A stretch of 64,000 nucleotides of DNA from Octopus bimaculoides. Its lineage: Eukaryota. The stretch spans positions 102,425,702-102,489,701 of the forward strand of contig NC_068985.1 in NCBI RefSeq assembly GCF_001194135.2. The letters run 5' to 3'. The notes under the pieces are model-generated. The model was given only the letters and a program-made list of their open reading frames with translations, did no database searches and was not told the DNA's origin. Positions 39,191-53,671 of this stretch are shown in pieces; positions within the stretch are counted from its first letter, which is position 1, and each line of letters opens with the position of its first letter. Made by a program: the position numbers and the translations under genes.

Positions 39191-40019
39191 ACATGTACAT
39201 ACACGCATGCATATTTAAATATTTGTGCGTCCGAGTGCGTGTGTATGTGTGTGTTTGCGTGTTCGTGTGTGTATGTAGCTTAAGCATAATGATGTTGTTA
39301 TTGTTCAATGCTAGTGTTAGCTGGAACATTTATGACAGTTACCAAGCCGAAATCCTTTGTGCTTTTTATGTTATTGTGTTACTGTGATATGTATTTGCTA
39401 TGACTGTGTAGTTACTTTGGTGATGACGATGACGATGTTTGTGGCGAAGAATCTCACAGTGATTTTCAATTTGAATGTATTTATGGAGAGACAATCAATC
39501 TGAAATTTATCAAGACGTCATAATGTCAATAGAAGTATTGTAAAAGATGGATGTCGTATTGTGATTGGAAATAATAACAGGCACATCATAAACACATACA
39601 TATATCACCAACATTTACATACACAAATGCATATGCACGCCCAAACATGTCCAAACACACAAGCACAGACAAATATATTCTGCATATATGTATGTGTATA
39701 CACACACACAGGCACACATGTCTATAAATATATATATATATAGANNNNNNNNNNNNNNNNNNNNNNNNNNNNNNNNNNNNNNNNNNNNNNNNNNNNNNNN
39801 NNNNNNNNNNNNNNNNNNNNNNNNNNNNNNNNNNNNNNNNNNNNNNNNNNNNNNNNNNNNNNNNNNNNNNNNNNNNNNNNNNNNNNNNNNNNNNNNNNNN
39901 NNNNNNNNNNNNNNNNNNNNNNNNNNNNNNNNNNNNNNNNNNNNNNNNNNNNNNNNNNNNNNNNNNNNNNNNNNNNNNNNNNNNNNNNNNNNNNNNNNNN
40001 NNNNNNNNNNNNNNNNNNN

Positions 40020-40061
<42 letters not shown>

Positions 40062-42179
40062 GTGTGTGTGTGCGTATGTGTGTGTGTGTGTGTGTGTGTG
40101 TATAGTGTAATATTTCTATATTCGTATAACCATACTTATATTCTTATACAAAAAGTGTGTCCGTAAGCACGTGTGTGTATCTGCGTGTATTCATGATTTG
40201 TGCCTGTGTGAGATAATGAGTCTTCTGTGTGTGTGTACGTGTGTCTGTACGTTTGTGTGTGTGTGTGTGTGTGTGTGCGTGTGCGTGTGTGCGTGTGTGT
40301 GTGTGTGTGTTGTACCAGCTTTTGCTTCCACAATGTCAAATCCATCTTTCTCCATTTTCTACTGACATTATGGCGTCTTGATAAATTTCAGATTGATAGA
40401 CTTTCCACAACTACTCTCGACTACAGTAATGCTCCACCACAAATATCTTCAGTTTCATCAAATCGACAACAACAGCTCCACCATGACAGCTATTATTTAT
40501 AGTAAAAAAAATAATAACAGCAATTACACCAAATAACAACATCATAACGATACTAAGCACCGGTGCCATTAGCTCTAACTACAACACAATACGTAAGAAT
40601 AGCACATGTAATAATGGTTTCTAAACAGTAATAGCATTACTAATAACAGAAGTATAATCGCTACTGTTCATTGCCATCATAAAAATAATAATTTTCATCA
40701 TACATCTAACATCGGAGTCCTTATTACTGTTAGTAATGCCACTAGCGACAAAAATAAAAGCAATAAAACCAGCCACTACTAAGGGAAATATATTAATAAA
40801 AACGATAAGCATTATTACAGCTTTTAATAGCTGCAATAAGAACTTCAGTCTCGACAACACGAATTGTGTCACTTGGAAACAGTGACGACCATTCACTTGA
40901 ACCATCACTAAACATAACCATAACTACCTTAAAACCAGAACAACAACAACAGCTAGAAAAACTTCTTTCATAGACACTTGCTCGTATTTGACGAATGAAA
41001 ATGTGATTCAGGAGAAATAATTTTGACCAGTTTGTAACTCAGTTAATTTAGCAGCAAATGTCATTTCATTGCGTCGCGGTATTAGAAAAAAAAATTTCCC
41101 TCTTTACAATTATTCTGTCATAGATTGATTATAGTTGACCGACACTCATTGACAGTGTGGTAAGATATAAAAATTATGTAAAGTGTGTGAAAGGAGAACA
41201 AATTTGAAGACTTTTTTTTATCTTACTACCATGTTGACAAATTTATTTGAGCTTTTTTTAGATGCAGCCACGCAGTTTATTTTCCGTTTATTATGTTTTG
41301 TAAATAAGTTATTCATCTACTGGAAAAGTGCCCCATCAACTTTCCGAAATATCCCAAAGTAAAGAGAGGAGATAATAACAATTCATGAAGTGTTATGAGA
41401 TTGAAAATGAGTCCTGTAAGTTTGCGACGAATGGCTTCAGTTCAAATCATCGTGCAACCGAAGGTTCGTCGTGTCAAATCGGGCAACTCATAAAGTCAAC
41501 CAACCAACTAATTTTAGCATTCATTACTAGGAATTTTCTCGGACTTTCGTGTATTCAGTTTAACTCAGAAGATTTTAGTTGATTTTAGGCTCTTTTGAAC
41601 GAAGCTGACCAAAATTGCCGTGCAATAGCATCGAGCTGGGAAACTCTTGATTGCAAATGAGTCTCCTTAGACACAACGCTAAGCTTCTGCACATGTTTTA
41701 CCATTATGGAGCTGTGCATAGAAAAGAGAAGCTTTAGTATAATTCGTACATTATCAAATTCCTATAAATTTCTAGCTTTGAGCTTGGCTATGAAATCAAT
41801 AAGCAATCTCTTTAGAGTACAGTTATCTTAGAAGCTAATTCTAAAACCCAATTTCCAGGCCTAGTTTTATTCCTTCAAATTCATTTTATCGCTAGTTTTC
41901 TTTTAAAATAATCACGGAAGTCGCATAATCTAATTTCCTTAGATTATCTCCCTACATTAGCAAGAGACCTATTACCTTATCATATCTGAGGCGAGAGTAC
42001 TGAATCAAATAATGAGTAGCTAGAGGGATGATACTCGTAGAATAATTGTACTCTTAAGTAATCGCATATTGGTTTTTATGATTAGACTTAAATTACTCAT
42101 TCATAGCATTTTGATACAGTTGGAACTTACAGCACTTCCCACGACATTGTTTTATTAATGACATAATTATGAATACAGG

Positions 42180-42255
42180 CTAAGTTTTGTTGTTAAGAAG
42201 TTCGCTTCGCAATCACATGGGCTCGGTTTCGATCCCATGGCAACAATGGCGAGCC
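42180..42255 (+). mobile_element. Isolated family-C tRNA head
   Basis: ttgttaagaagttcgcttcgcaatcacatgggctcggtttcgatccca aligns to 14660-14710. Confidence 0.55.
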
Positions 42256-44242
42256 TTTAACTAAAATATTATTCTTTATTTCTGTGGATTTATGCAATAT
42301 TGACAGAGTGATTAGAAATTAAATTCGCTTCTCTTTTGAAATGTACTGTTATTTCTTTGAATCTGCACTATTGTTGAAATAGGGCTAAAACACTGAAGTA
42401 TGACAACCTTGAAATATTGCATTGTGACTTTTTATAGTCATAGATTATACCAAGTAGAAGCATTTACGAGTCTCTTAATCAATTCCAATGCGTTCACATT
42501 CTTAATCTCCGTCAGGCATTTTCCACTGGAAATATCCCTTTCTCGCATAGATCTAGAAATATCACAAGACCACTGTTGCTTTAATTTCCTTTCAAAAGCG
42601 CACATAAAATTTCATATCGCTCCATTTACCTGCAAAAAAATTCAGCGCGTCTTTAATAGCCAAAGAGGGAGAGGAAGACGAGGCTGGAATTAGAGATGAG
42701 AGAGAAAAAATCATTTGACGTTATATTATCAGAGTCTGTAAAATTGTATGATTAACTCCAGCGCGTTATTTGTAGAAAATTGAATTCGCTTCCAGCAACA
42801 CACAATTCATTGGAAAAGATAATGAGTATCTTAACCCATTGGGTCTAAAGGGGAGTCAACCGAAGACTAATGTATCTAGGAGAAGTCAACTTGGCGGGGA
42901 TTACAATCCTTTCCATCAGCAGTTGGGTTAGCACTTCAATACATAAAAACAAGCTAATGAAATATCCGTCAGATTTGCAAGTAACTGAATGTTTATAATA
43001 GGGAGTCGTACCATGTTAGCTATTTACGACCGAGAAAAACATGCCCCTTTGAAGTTGGTAACCATGGATACCTCATTATGACGGTGACGTAATACAAACT
43101 GTGAATGAATCATTTGGTTTATCAATTCCACACCCACCAGCCTTGCCATTTGCAGCTCTCAGAATATTTAAACAGATCCGAATGTACCTCCATGCTTCTA
43201 AATATAACGAACTGAGAAGTAGGCTATTGATGTTTTGCTTTCTAATCTTTTTTTGTAAATTTAGTTGTAAGTTTTTGTTACTTTTCCATATATTTCGAGA
43301 GGGTGTGTGAGTTGAGAAAAAAAATGGAAAATTTTACTGCTGTAGTTTAAAGATTTTCTATTGAAAAACCTAACTCTTTAATGTATCAAAGTGTCCTGGA
43401 AGTATTTAAGAAACAATTGCCCTTCAATCTTCACTACGCCACACTATTTTTCATGTGTTCAAAGCAAACAAGAATTAAATGGGTTGATAAATATCGATTT
43501 CTTCTTTCCTTCTTCCACTACTTGCCACCATTTTTTTTATATCTTTGTTTTTATTTTAAATGTGAAATCTTGCCGCAACGGTTCCTCTGTTGCTTTGTTA
43601 CTGGTGCTGAAGCCTATGGTATTTTAATCGCTGTTGTTGTTGTTGTTGCTCCATACAGTTATTGATTCTGTCCAACATTTACGTTGCTCATTCAGTTCTT
43701 CTTGTCGGCTTGTGGTGATTGTTGTCGGTGTGGTTGTTGTTGTTGCTGTTGCTGTTCTAGTTGTTGTTATTCTTATTATAGCTGGGTTCTTTTTCAAAAC
43801 TGTTCCGATGGTGTTGTGTTACATGACTGCGCTGTTCTCATGTTCATACTGATGTCAATACCACTGACGCAATTATTGTTCTGACTGCACATATGGCTGT
43901 TACTCTAGATGCTGTTGCTGCTGGTGCACTTGTGGTTGCAACTGCTCTTTCTGCAACTGCTGCTGCTGTTTACCCTAAAGAACATATTGAATGTTCATAT
44001 TCCAGACGTCCAACTCCTCAGTCTACATTTTATACCAGTTTATGGTATTACATTTATATTTACTTGTTATACTATTAATATTTTTACCTATGGTTATTTT
44101 GATTATTATAATCATATTCTTATTTATTTATTTGTTTATTGTTATTCTTCTTATGGATATTTTTTGTCATAATTCTTTATCTTTATTCATAATATTCTTT
44201 TTAGTTACAACTCCAGTACGTTGAGCCTATGTGACTAAAAAT

Positions 44243-44285
44243 TATGTAGAAACTTCTATGTAGAAACTTCTATGTAGAAACTTCT
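44243..44285. repeat. 14-bp minisatellite TATGTAGAAACTTC x3
   Basis: Perfect copies at 44243, 44257 and 44271. Confidence 0.95.
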
Positions 44286-44519
44286 GTGTTGCTGTTTATT
44301 AATGCTTTGCACTACTTCTTTACTTCTTTTTCCATTTTCTTCTTCTTTTTCTTCTTTATTTCTCCTTTCGTTATTACTCTCATCATCACCACCGTTATCA
44401 TCATCGTCATCAGCATTAGCAGCACCACCACCGCCACCACAACCACAACCACCACCACCACCACCATCAACATTATCATTATTGCATTTTATTACTATTA
44501 TACGTTATCATTTCCAAAG

Positions 44520-44876
<357 letters not shown>

Positions 44877-45922
44877 CTTTTATTATTAGTTTCCCCAGCG
44901 TTCCTTACTGTTATTATTAACGTTATAATCGTCGTCGTCGTCGTCTTTCATGCTAGAAGTGGCTTTAGATGCTTTACAAATTACTTTATTTTGGCTTTGT
45001 TGTGTTACTTAATATGGAGATAAATTCAATAAACCTTTACAATTCCTTTTAAGCTGTGTATGGAGAGACTGTGTAATGATATTTTCATGGCTAGGCTGGC
45101 ACGGAGTGGCGGAGAGCATTGTGGACAAAGCGAGCAAAGGGGAAAATAACGTGCAAGATAAGAATCGGAAAGATAAAGCGATAAGAAGGAGGGATAAAAG
45201 AACGCAAAAGAGAAAACATGTGGTTTGTAGTAGTAGTGGTGGTGGTGATGGTGGTGGTNNNNNNNNNNNNNNNNNNNNNNNNNNNNNNNNNNNNNNNNNN
45301 NNNNNNNNNNNNNNNNNNNNNNNNNNNNNNNNNNNNNNNNNNNNNNNNNNNNNNNNNNNNNNNNNNNNNNNNNNNNNNNNNNNNNNNNNNNNNNNNNNNN
45401 NNNNNNNNNNNNNNNNNNNNNNNNNNNNNNNNNNNNNNNNNNNNNNNNNNNNNNNNNNNNNNNNNNNNNNNNNNNNNNNNNNNNNNNNNNNNNNNNNNNN
45501 NNNNNNNNNNNNNNNNNNNNNNNNNNNNNNNNNNNNNNNNNNNNNNNNNNNNNNNNNNNNNNNNNNNNNNNNNNNNNNNNNNNNNNNNNNNNNNNNNNNN
45601 NNNNNNNNNNNNNNNNNNNNNNNNNNNNNNNNNNNNNNNNNNNNNNNNNNNNNNNNNNNNNNNNNNNNNNNNNNNNNNNNNNNNNNNNNNNNNNNNNNNN
45701 NNNNNNNNNNNNNNNNNNNNNNNNNNNNNNNNNNNNNNNNNNNNNNNNNNNNNNNNNNNNNNNNNNNNNNNNNNNNNNNNNNNNNNNNNNNNNNNNNNNN
45801 NNNNNNNNNNNNNNNNNNNNNNNNNNNNNNNNNNNNNNNNNNNNNNNNNNNNNNNNNNNNNNNNNNNNNNNNNNNNNNNTATATATATATATATACATTT
45901 ATATATATGTATGCTTATAGGT

Positions 45923-45985
<63 letters not shown>

Positions 45986-48753
45986 TGTACAGAGAGAGAG
46001 AAAAGGAAAGAAAGAAAGAGAGATGGAGAGAGAGGGAGAGTGATGTGAAAAGTGCAATAGAGAAATAAACTGACACACAACGAGAAAGGGAGACTGACAA
46101 AGGAAGGGAGATGCGAGAGAAAAGCGATGGAGGTTATCAGAGTCTGATAGAGAAATACGTCTGTAAAGGCATTAAAATGTTATGAAATATGAAAACAAAC
46201 TTTAGGAAAGACAAAAGAGAAACACAGAAGGACTGAGAATGGGCGAGGATGTTTTGTGTGAAATGGCGTATGGAAAGAAAGTGAAAGGCTTTATTGCAAG
46301 AGTGTGTGAGGAAAATTGGGTGTTTGTGTACGTTTGAGGGTATGCTTCTATGTCACTGTTTGTGTGTGTGTGTGTTTATGTGTATGCGCGTGAATGCATG
46401 TTGTGTAGGGAGAAACTGTGTATAGAAGAAAGAGATCCATACAGATAAAAGAAACGGAGATAGAATTAGGATGTGAGAGGGTCAGAGAATATAGAAATGA
46501 AATGAAGATAGGAATAGAGAAAGAGAAATCTAGAATACATTAAAGACAAAATGAAATGAATGAATGAATGAATGAATGAGTGAATGAGTGAATGAATGAA
46601 TGAATGAATGAATGAAAGGATTAGAATGAAAGAGAGCGCAGGCGTTTGATTTAATTGATTCGTTAATTACTTTTTGAATAGAGCGAGAAATGTGCCCTCT
46701 TATGGGAAATGCATTATTGAATATTTCGCTCAAGGACCTTACTTCATCTTTGACTTTATATCTCGTAATCCCTTTCTTTCTTCAGTTTCTTTCTCTTCTT
46801 CCCCCCCTCTCTCTCTCTCTCATTCTTACTTTTTCTTTCTTTATCTCTTCTCCCATCCATCTCTCTATTTATCTTTCTTATTCTCCCTTTTGTTCTATTT
46901 CTCTTGATGGTTTATCATCTCTTCAGAACATTCGCTTCTACTTTCTTTGCAAAGCTTCAACATCTTTCCCTGAATTCCAAATCCCTCTTCCTCTCCCTTT
47001 CTCCCCATATGCTTTTCTCCCATTCTCTTCTATCTCCCCTATATTCTATCTACCATTATTTGTCTGTCTCTCTATCTTTCTCCCCCTCTCCCTTTCTGTC
47101 TTTATCCATCTATGATTCTTTTACTCTCTCCCAATCTCTTTCATTCTTCCTCAGTGTTATATTCACCATTAAAATCTCTAAAAAAAAAAAACCTAACCAC
47201 TCCCTTCATTATCGAGCTTATCTGAAGGATGGCAGGTTATTCCGTCATTCTCAACTTCCACGTCATTTTTACTTTTAATCATATTCCATACATGTCACAG
47301 TTAATTTTTCTAACGTGCTCTGTTCCAACACCATGTCTTTAACTTGACTTTTTCACACCACTTCCCTTACGTGAGGCTTACACCTTCATACATTGCCTAT
47401 TATTCTAATATAATATATTATATATTATCTAATTTGATTTTACATCAATCGCAACAATCGAAATGACTGAGTGCTATGCACCATTCCACTGTTATTCATT
47501 TCATTGATGTTGATTTTGTTGCTCTTGTTGTTGGTAGTGATGACGCTGATCATGATCGTGGTCATGATGATGATGCCTCATATCAACTCTGATTCAATTA
47601 GACCAGTTTTTTTCTCAAACTATTTTTGACTACTTCCTCCTTGTCTTTTATTAACACTTTTATTTCATTGTTCCCGTGCTATTATTAAATTCTTCCCACT
47701 ACCACGACAATTTAATGCACATACACTTAATATCAGTGTATTAGTTTGATGACGGCGATTTCTTACCAATGTCCTCCCTCCTACTACAAGCGAATATTTG
47801 AGTTGACCACGATTGAACCGATTTACTGATCTAACCTTTAGCATGCGACTTCAAACAACCTCGTTCAGGTATTCATAGTGATTCTTGCATACATACTCAA
47901 ATACACACCCACACTCACCCACGCATACATACGTCCACTCATCCATCCATCCATCCATACATACATACATACATACATGCATACACACATACATATATGT
48001 ATGCATTTATGTATGAAATTTATTTGAAGATTAAGAAGGATACCATTGGTTTCATGCATTGAATTCTCAGCAATTACCGTGCCAATATTTTGCCATTAGC
48101 TCGCAGATGAAATTTAAATTTAGAGGTCAATTTACAGTAGTTAATATTGCTATCTTCGTTCTTGCAATTGTCTTTAACAAGCAGTTGTCATAATATTACA
48201 TATATGTTAAAATAAATATTTAATCAATGAACAAAATTGATAAAATTACAATGATTACTGCCTTCAGGCAGATTCAATCCGCTTCAGCAACCTTCAGTCT
48301 CCTTCAGATTCCTTAGTCTTTAGTATCACCGAAAGATTTCCAGCACCCACGATAATTGTAACTGAATAAAACCTAAAACCAAGAGCCTTCAGTCAACGAA
48401 TATCAAGCTATTTTTTTCTGAATCAGACTATCCAATATATTTACATTTATGACGGTAGAGTGAGATTCCAGTGAAGCTTTTCTGCTTTATTTTGCAAGAT
48501 ATGGAAAGACATTAACGCAGCGATGTTAGATCGTTGCCGTTTCGTTGTGAATTGCAGTTTCTGTAATTGTGGAGCGAAAAGACACCATTTTTCTTGTTGA
48601 TTCTGTTGTCGTGACAGGGAGAAATATTTGCTGTCATCCTAGCCAAATAAAGATTTATCATTAAATTTCATTAAGCAGTAACTTTCTTTCAGTAAGTATG
48701 AGCTTTAAGATGCTACGAAATAAGTAGAAGTAGGAGAAGGGGAAGAAGAAGTA

Positions 48754-48876
48754 GAAGAAGAAGAAGAAGAAGAAGAAGAAGAAGAAGAAGAAGAAGAAGA
48801 AGAAGAAGAAGAAGAAGAAGAAGAAGAAGAAGAAGAAGAAGAAGAAGAAGAAGAAGAAGAAGAAGAAGAAGAAGAA
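48754..48876. repeat. Perfect (GAA)41
   Basis: 123 nt of uninterrupted GAA. Confidence 0.95.
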
Positions 48877-49071
48877 ATGATTGTTGAAATATAAAGGGAA
48901 CGATAATGTACTAAATAAACGTTATACTCCCTGTGTTTGATCGCGCAGTTCTAAATCTTCATGCTGTTTTCTTTCGTGTTGTTTCTCCTGCGGCAGTGAG
49001 AAGACAAGACTCAAGTGGTCTTTCCTCCCACATGTTTAACAACAGGTCTCCCATCCACATGATTTTCTCTT

Positions 49072-49125
49072 CTACGGTTTTGTGGTTTTAGATTATTTTC
49101 CTACGGTTTTGTGGTTCGAGATTAT
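49072..49125. repeat. 29-nt-period tandem duplication
   Basis: ctacggttttgtggtt(tt/cg)agattat at 49072 and 49101. Confidence 0.85.
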
Positions 49126-49236
49126 CACCTATCGTATATCATGATAATAGTACTCACTTACTTACCCATTACTGTTCCAAGAGAATTGATGACGACTAAC
49201 CAAGCTTGAACGCATTTCCAATATTTTCTAACTTGA

Positions 49237-49630
49237 AAGGCGGCGAGCTGGCAGGAAAGTTATCATGCCGGACGAAATGCTTAGCGGTATTTCGTCTGTC
49301 TTTACATCCTGAGTTCAAATTCCGCCGAGGTTGAATTTGCCTTTCATCCTTTCGGGGTCGATTAAATAAGTGCCTGTTACACACTGGGATCGATGTAATC
49401 GACTTAATTCCTTGTTTGTCCATTCTATGTTTAGCCCCCTGCGGGCAATAGCAAAAAAGGTATTTAGTCTGGTTTTACGTCTTGAGTTCAAATTCCGCGG
49501 AGGTGGACTTAGCCTTTCATACTTTCAGTGTCGATAAATTATTACGTACCAGTTGCGAACTAGAGTCGATCTAATCGACTGACCCCCTCCTCCAAAATTT
49601 CGGGCGTTGTGCCTTGAGTAGAACAGAATA
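49237..49630 (+). mobile_element. Family-D SINE dimer: full copy followed by a headless copy with a different tail
   Basis: ggtatttcgtctgtctttac..gagttcaaattccgcc recurs at about 49459 as ggtatttagtctggttttac..gagttcaaattccgcg. Confidence 0.9.
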
Positions 49631-50600
49631 TGTATTTCCTTGACCCACGTCACTTTAAATACTGCGTTGCAAATTTATGACGATTCATATATAAACGCTG
49701 TATAGTCTGTATGCGTGATTTTGTCCTCATTTCATAAATCTACTCTTACGGAGAGATACGTTTGCATCGATTAATTGCGATAATACGCTTCCACGCTTTC
49801 ACTTGTACTATGTTTAATTTTTGGTACAATACCCATATATATCAGTCTCTCTGATGATAGATTTATAGATTTATATATTTGTGTGTATTGTGTAGAAGAT
49901 TTTCTGTTCCCGTCCTGACTCTCAGTTTCAGGGAGCATAACACCTTTGCTCACTACACCATGCACCTGTGCTACTTACCCTTCTAGTTGATAATTAAATT
50001 AAGCTTAATTTTTTTTTATTCGTCTCCCGCCGTTAACGGATGAAGTGTTAATGTTTTTCTCGGTAAAATGTTTGTGTTCATGATTTTACAAATATTGTGG
50101 ATTTTTGGCTCCTTGTCAATTTTTTTCTCTTTCTTGTATATCAACAAATTAATCTTTGATTTTCAATTTTCTTTGTCACAAACATTCGTCTGGTGAAACA
50201 TCTTTTTGCCATTTTTGTCGTTTTGCAAGTTGTGTAAGGCCAAAATTTTACTTATATCCGAAAAGAAAATTGCAACGTTCCAAACAAAAAGGTCTTGAGA
50301 GGATTACTTCAGTATCTAAACTCCCTTAGCTTTAAATATTCCTTGATTTCCACGTAAGCCAAAAGTATTCAAAATCCTTCGTTCCAATTTGATAAATTGA
50401 AAATATTTCGCAGCACGATAATATACATCTATCCATCGAAAATATAGTGACAAGCAAGACTTCGAACAAAGACACTGCGAATCGTTTGCATACACTTGTA
50501 GACAGAAAGAAATATATAAATACATATATATATATACTAATATATGTGGTGGGATGTAGGTGAGAATGTATGTTAAGTACACGTACTAAAGGTTAGAGAT

Positions 50601-50647
<47 letters not shown>

Positions 50648-51567
50648 TATGTGCCTGCGCGTATGTATATATATATATATGCGTGTGTGTATATCTATTA
50701 TATGTGTATATATGTGTGTGTGTGTATTTGTATGTGTGTGTGTGCATATATAAAAATATATAGGCATGTACTCACGTCCACGCACACATATATATATATT
50801 CATTACTTTTTTGTTTGTAGGCTAATAACACAGCGTCTCAATAACAACAAAAATGTTAACTATGACCATATATATTACCTTCCATATACGCATCGTTACT
50901 TATAATTTATTTTGGCCACCATCTTGACTTCTATTTGCGGAGCTGTGTGATGACAGCAATAATATATCAATAATTCAATTCCGACATGTTTATGAGCTTG
51001 TATTTTCTTTCGGTTTACAGAAATTCCTTTTTGAAGTTTCACTGACTGTTTTTAGTATAGACTGCTGCAGTTATATTATGTAACAGATCAATAGATTTAA
51101 GGAAATATTACTCTTAGGTATGATATTGTTGTAGATTTTAGTAATATGATTATTATTATTATTCATATACACTTAAAAGATTAGACTACTAGAAAACAAA
51201 AGATTCCTAACTTCAGGCTACAAGTAGCCTTACATGCCAAGAACCCTCCTAAGTATCCTAGCTGTCCCTAATAACATTGATTTCTGCAGCTGTATTAAAC
51301 TGGGTTTTATGCGTATTTCCTCTATCCATCTCTTCAGATTTTTAAGTATAGTTTCCAATGCATCTGTAACTTATAACTACTGGAATACATTTTACCCGCA
51401 TTTTTCATACTCTCTCTAATTCAATGGTTAGATCTTGGTACATTGCTATTTTCACTCGACTTCTCATATTAATTTCCTCATTATTTGGGACTGTGAAGTC
51501 AATTATCTGACTATTTCTATTCTCTTAATCTACTACTACCAAATCAGGCCTTCTAGCTTATATTAGT

Positions 51568-51626
<59 letters not shown>

Positions 51627-52028
51627 AATAATAATAATTATATTAATAATAATAACGNNNNNNNNNNNNNNNNNNNNNNNNNNNNNNNNNNNNNNNNNNN
51701 NNNNNNNNNNNNNNNNNNNNNNNNNNNNNNNNNNNNNNNNNNNNNNNNNNNNNNNNNNNNNNNNNNNNNNNNNNNNNNNNNNNNNNNNNNNNNNNNNNNN
51801 NNNNNNNNNNNNNNNNNNNNNNNNNNNNNNNNNNNNNNNNNNNNNNNNNNNNNNNNNNNNNNNNNNNNNNNNNNNNNNNNNNNNNNNNNNNNNNNNNNNN
51901 NNNNNNNNNNNNNNNNNNNNNNNNNNNNNNNNNNNNNNNNNNNNNNNNNNNNNNNNNNNNNNNNNNNNNNNNNNNNNNNNNNNNNNNNNNNNNNNNNNNN
52001 NNNNNNNNNNNNNNNNNNNNNNNNNNNN

Positions 52029-52071
<43 letters not shown>

Positions 52072-52771
52072 GTTGTTGTTGTCATGTGGTTTAGGGTTTT
52101 GACACACTGAGATCAAAATCTGACGGGGAACAATTTTCCGTTTCTTGTTTTCGAAGTCGATTTATAAAATACTAGTTTTGTACTGAAGACCTCTTTTCTT
52201 CTCTCCTCTTTGTCTCAAACATCCCCTCTCACCCTCTCTTTCTATTTATCCCTCACAATTTCTTCCTCTTTTATTGTCTCTTTTGTAACTGAATTGTATT
52301 TCCAAAGCACTATCTCAGTCATTTTGTTTCACGTTTCCACATAATTTCATGAAGAGGAAATCAGTAGATTAAAGAGTTGAATTGACATCGTCGAGAGTGA
52401 CGGAGCATCCCACGAATTAAAAGGGTGAATCGTTTTTATTGTGATTTCGTAGGTTTTACATTTCTTACATGTTGCAATATTTACATATTTTATGAGTGTT
52501 TCACATTGTCTGTAAGGCATCAGTTTTTGCTGACATTTAGTTTCTCTTTTCACAAGGGACAATCGATTGGTGATATGATTCTTATTAAGTACTATATGAA
52601 CATGTTCTAATGTATCACTGGGAAATATTAAGAGATAGGGAAACTATCTCCTTTCTCTTTTCTCTTTTCAACTTACTTCATTTCGAGTATTACTAAATTT
52701 CAGTTGACCTTTAATTTTTCCACGAATTAGAGAGCATTTATATGTTATGTGATGATTGAACCGAGGAGGTC

Positions 52772-53010
52772 ACGTCGTAGCTAGCAGAAACGTCAGCACG
52801 CCGGGCGAAATGCTTAGCGGTATTTCGTCTGCCGTTACGTTCTGAGTTCAAATTCCGTCGAAGTCGACTTTGCCCTTCATCCTTTCGGGGTCGATACATT
52901 AAGTACCAGTCACGTACTGGGGTCGATGTAATCGACTTAATAAAAAAAAAGTCGGTGCTCCAGCATGGCTACAGTCAAATGACTGAAACAAGTAAAGGAG
53001 TAAAGGAGTA
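52772..53010 (+). mobile_element. Chimeric SINE: family-D head and body with a family-C 3' tail
   Basis: D sequence through gtcgatgtaatcgacttaa (about 52940), an A-run, then gtcggtgctccagcatggctacagtcaaatgactgaaacaagtaaagg. Confidence 0.9.
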
Positions 53011-53106
53011 ATGCTCTATTAAACACATACATTAAAACCCGTATCAAACGACAGTAGCAACAACAGCCGCAGCAGCAGCAGCAGCAGCAGCAGAAGAAGA
53101 AGCAGC

Positions 53107-53165
<59 letters not shown>

Positions 53166-53340
53166 TAGTAGTAGTAGTAATGCTGATGATGATGATTGAC
53201 AGATGATCTCTAGAACCATACTTTGTACAAATCCCAAAACATGGCAGTTATCAACCACCCAAGTCATCATACCGACTTGAACTTCTGGCTTGTCTCTTGA
53301 GGTCTCAAAACATAATCACCCAAACATATAACAATAACAG

Positions 53341-53515
53341 TCTCTGATTTAGGCAGAGGGCTTCTAATTTTGAGGAAAGGTGGTTAGTCAATATTACGCT
53401 GTTGTCCTAGACTGGCACTTTATTTTATTGTTCCCCAAATGATGAATGGCAAAGTTAGCTCCATCGAGATCGAGTTTATTCTTCGTTATCTATACAGAAC
53501 GTAAAAAGTGATGTT
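53341..53515 (-). mobile_element. Degenerate family-D SINE
   Basis: gatttaggcagagggc..ttagtcaatattac..gatgaatggcaaagttagctccatcgagat..cagaacgtaaa. Confidence 0.6.
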
Positions 53516-53618
53516 AAAATTCGTATATGAATTTAACGTAAAGTAGTACATGGATAATGAATATATGCAATATTTGTGCCTGCGTGTGTATGCATATACA
53601 TAAATGTGTGTATGTATG

Positions 53619-53652
<34 letters not shown>

Positions 53653-53671
53653 CATACATATACGCATATAT

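Noticed and set aside
44243-44285. Short direct repeats as a CRISPR-like array
   Set aside because: Contiguous 14-bp units with no spacers, in a eukaryotic context
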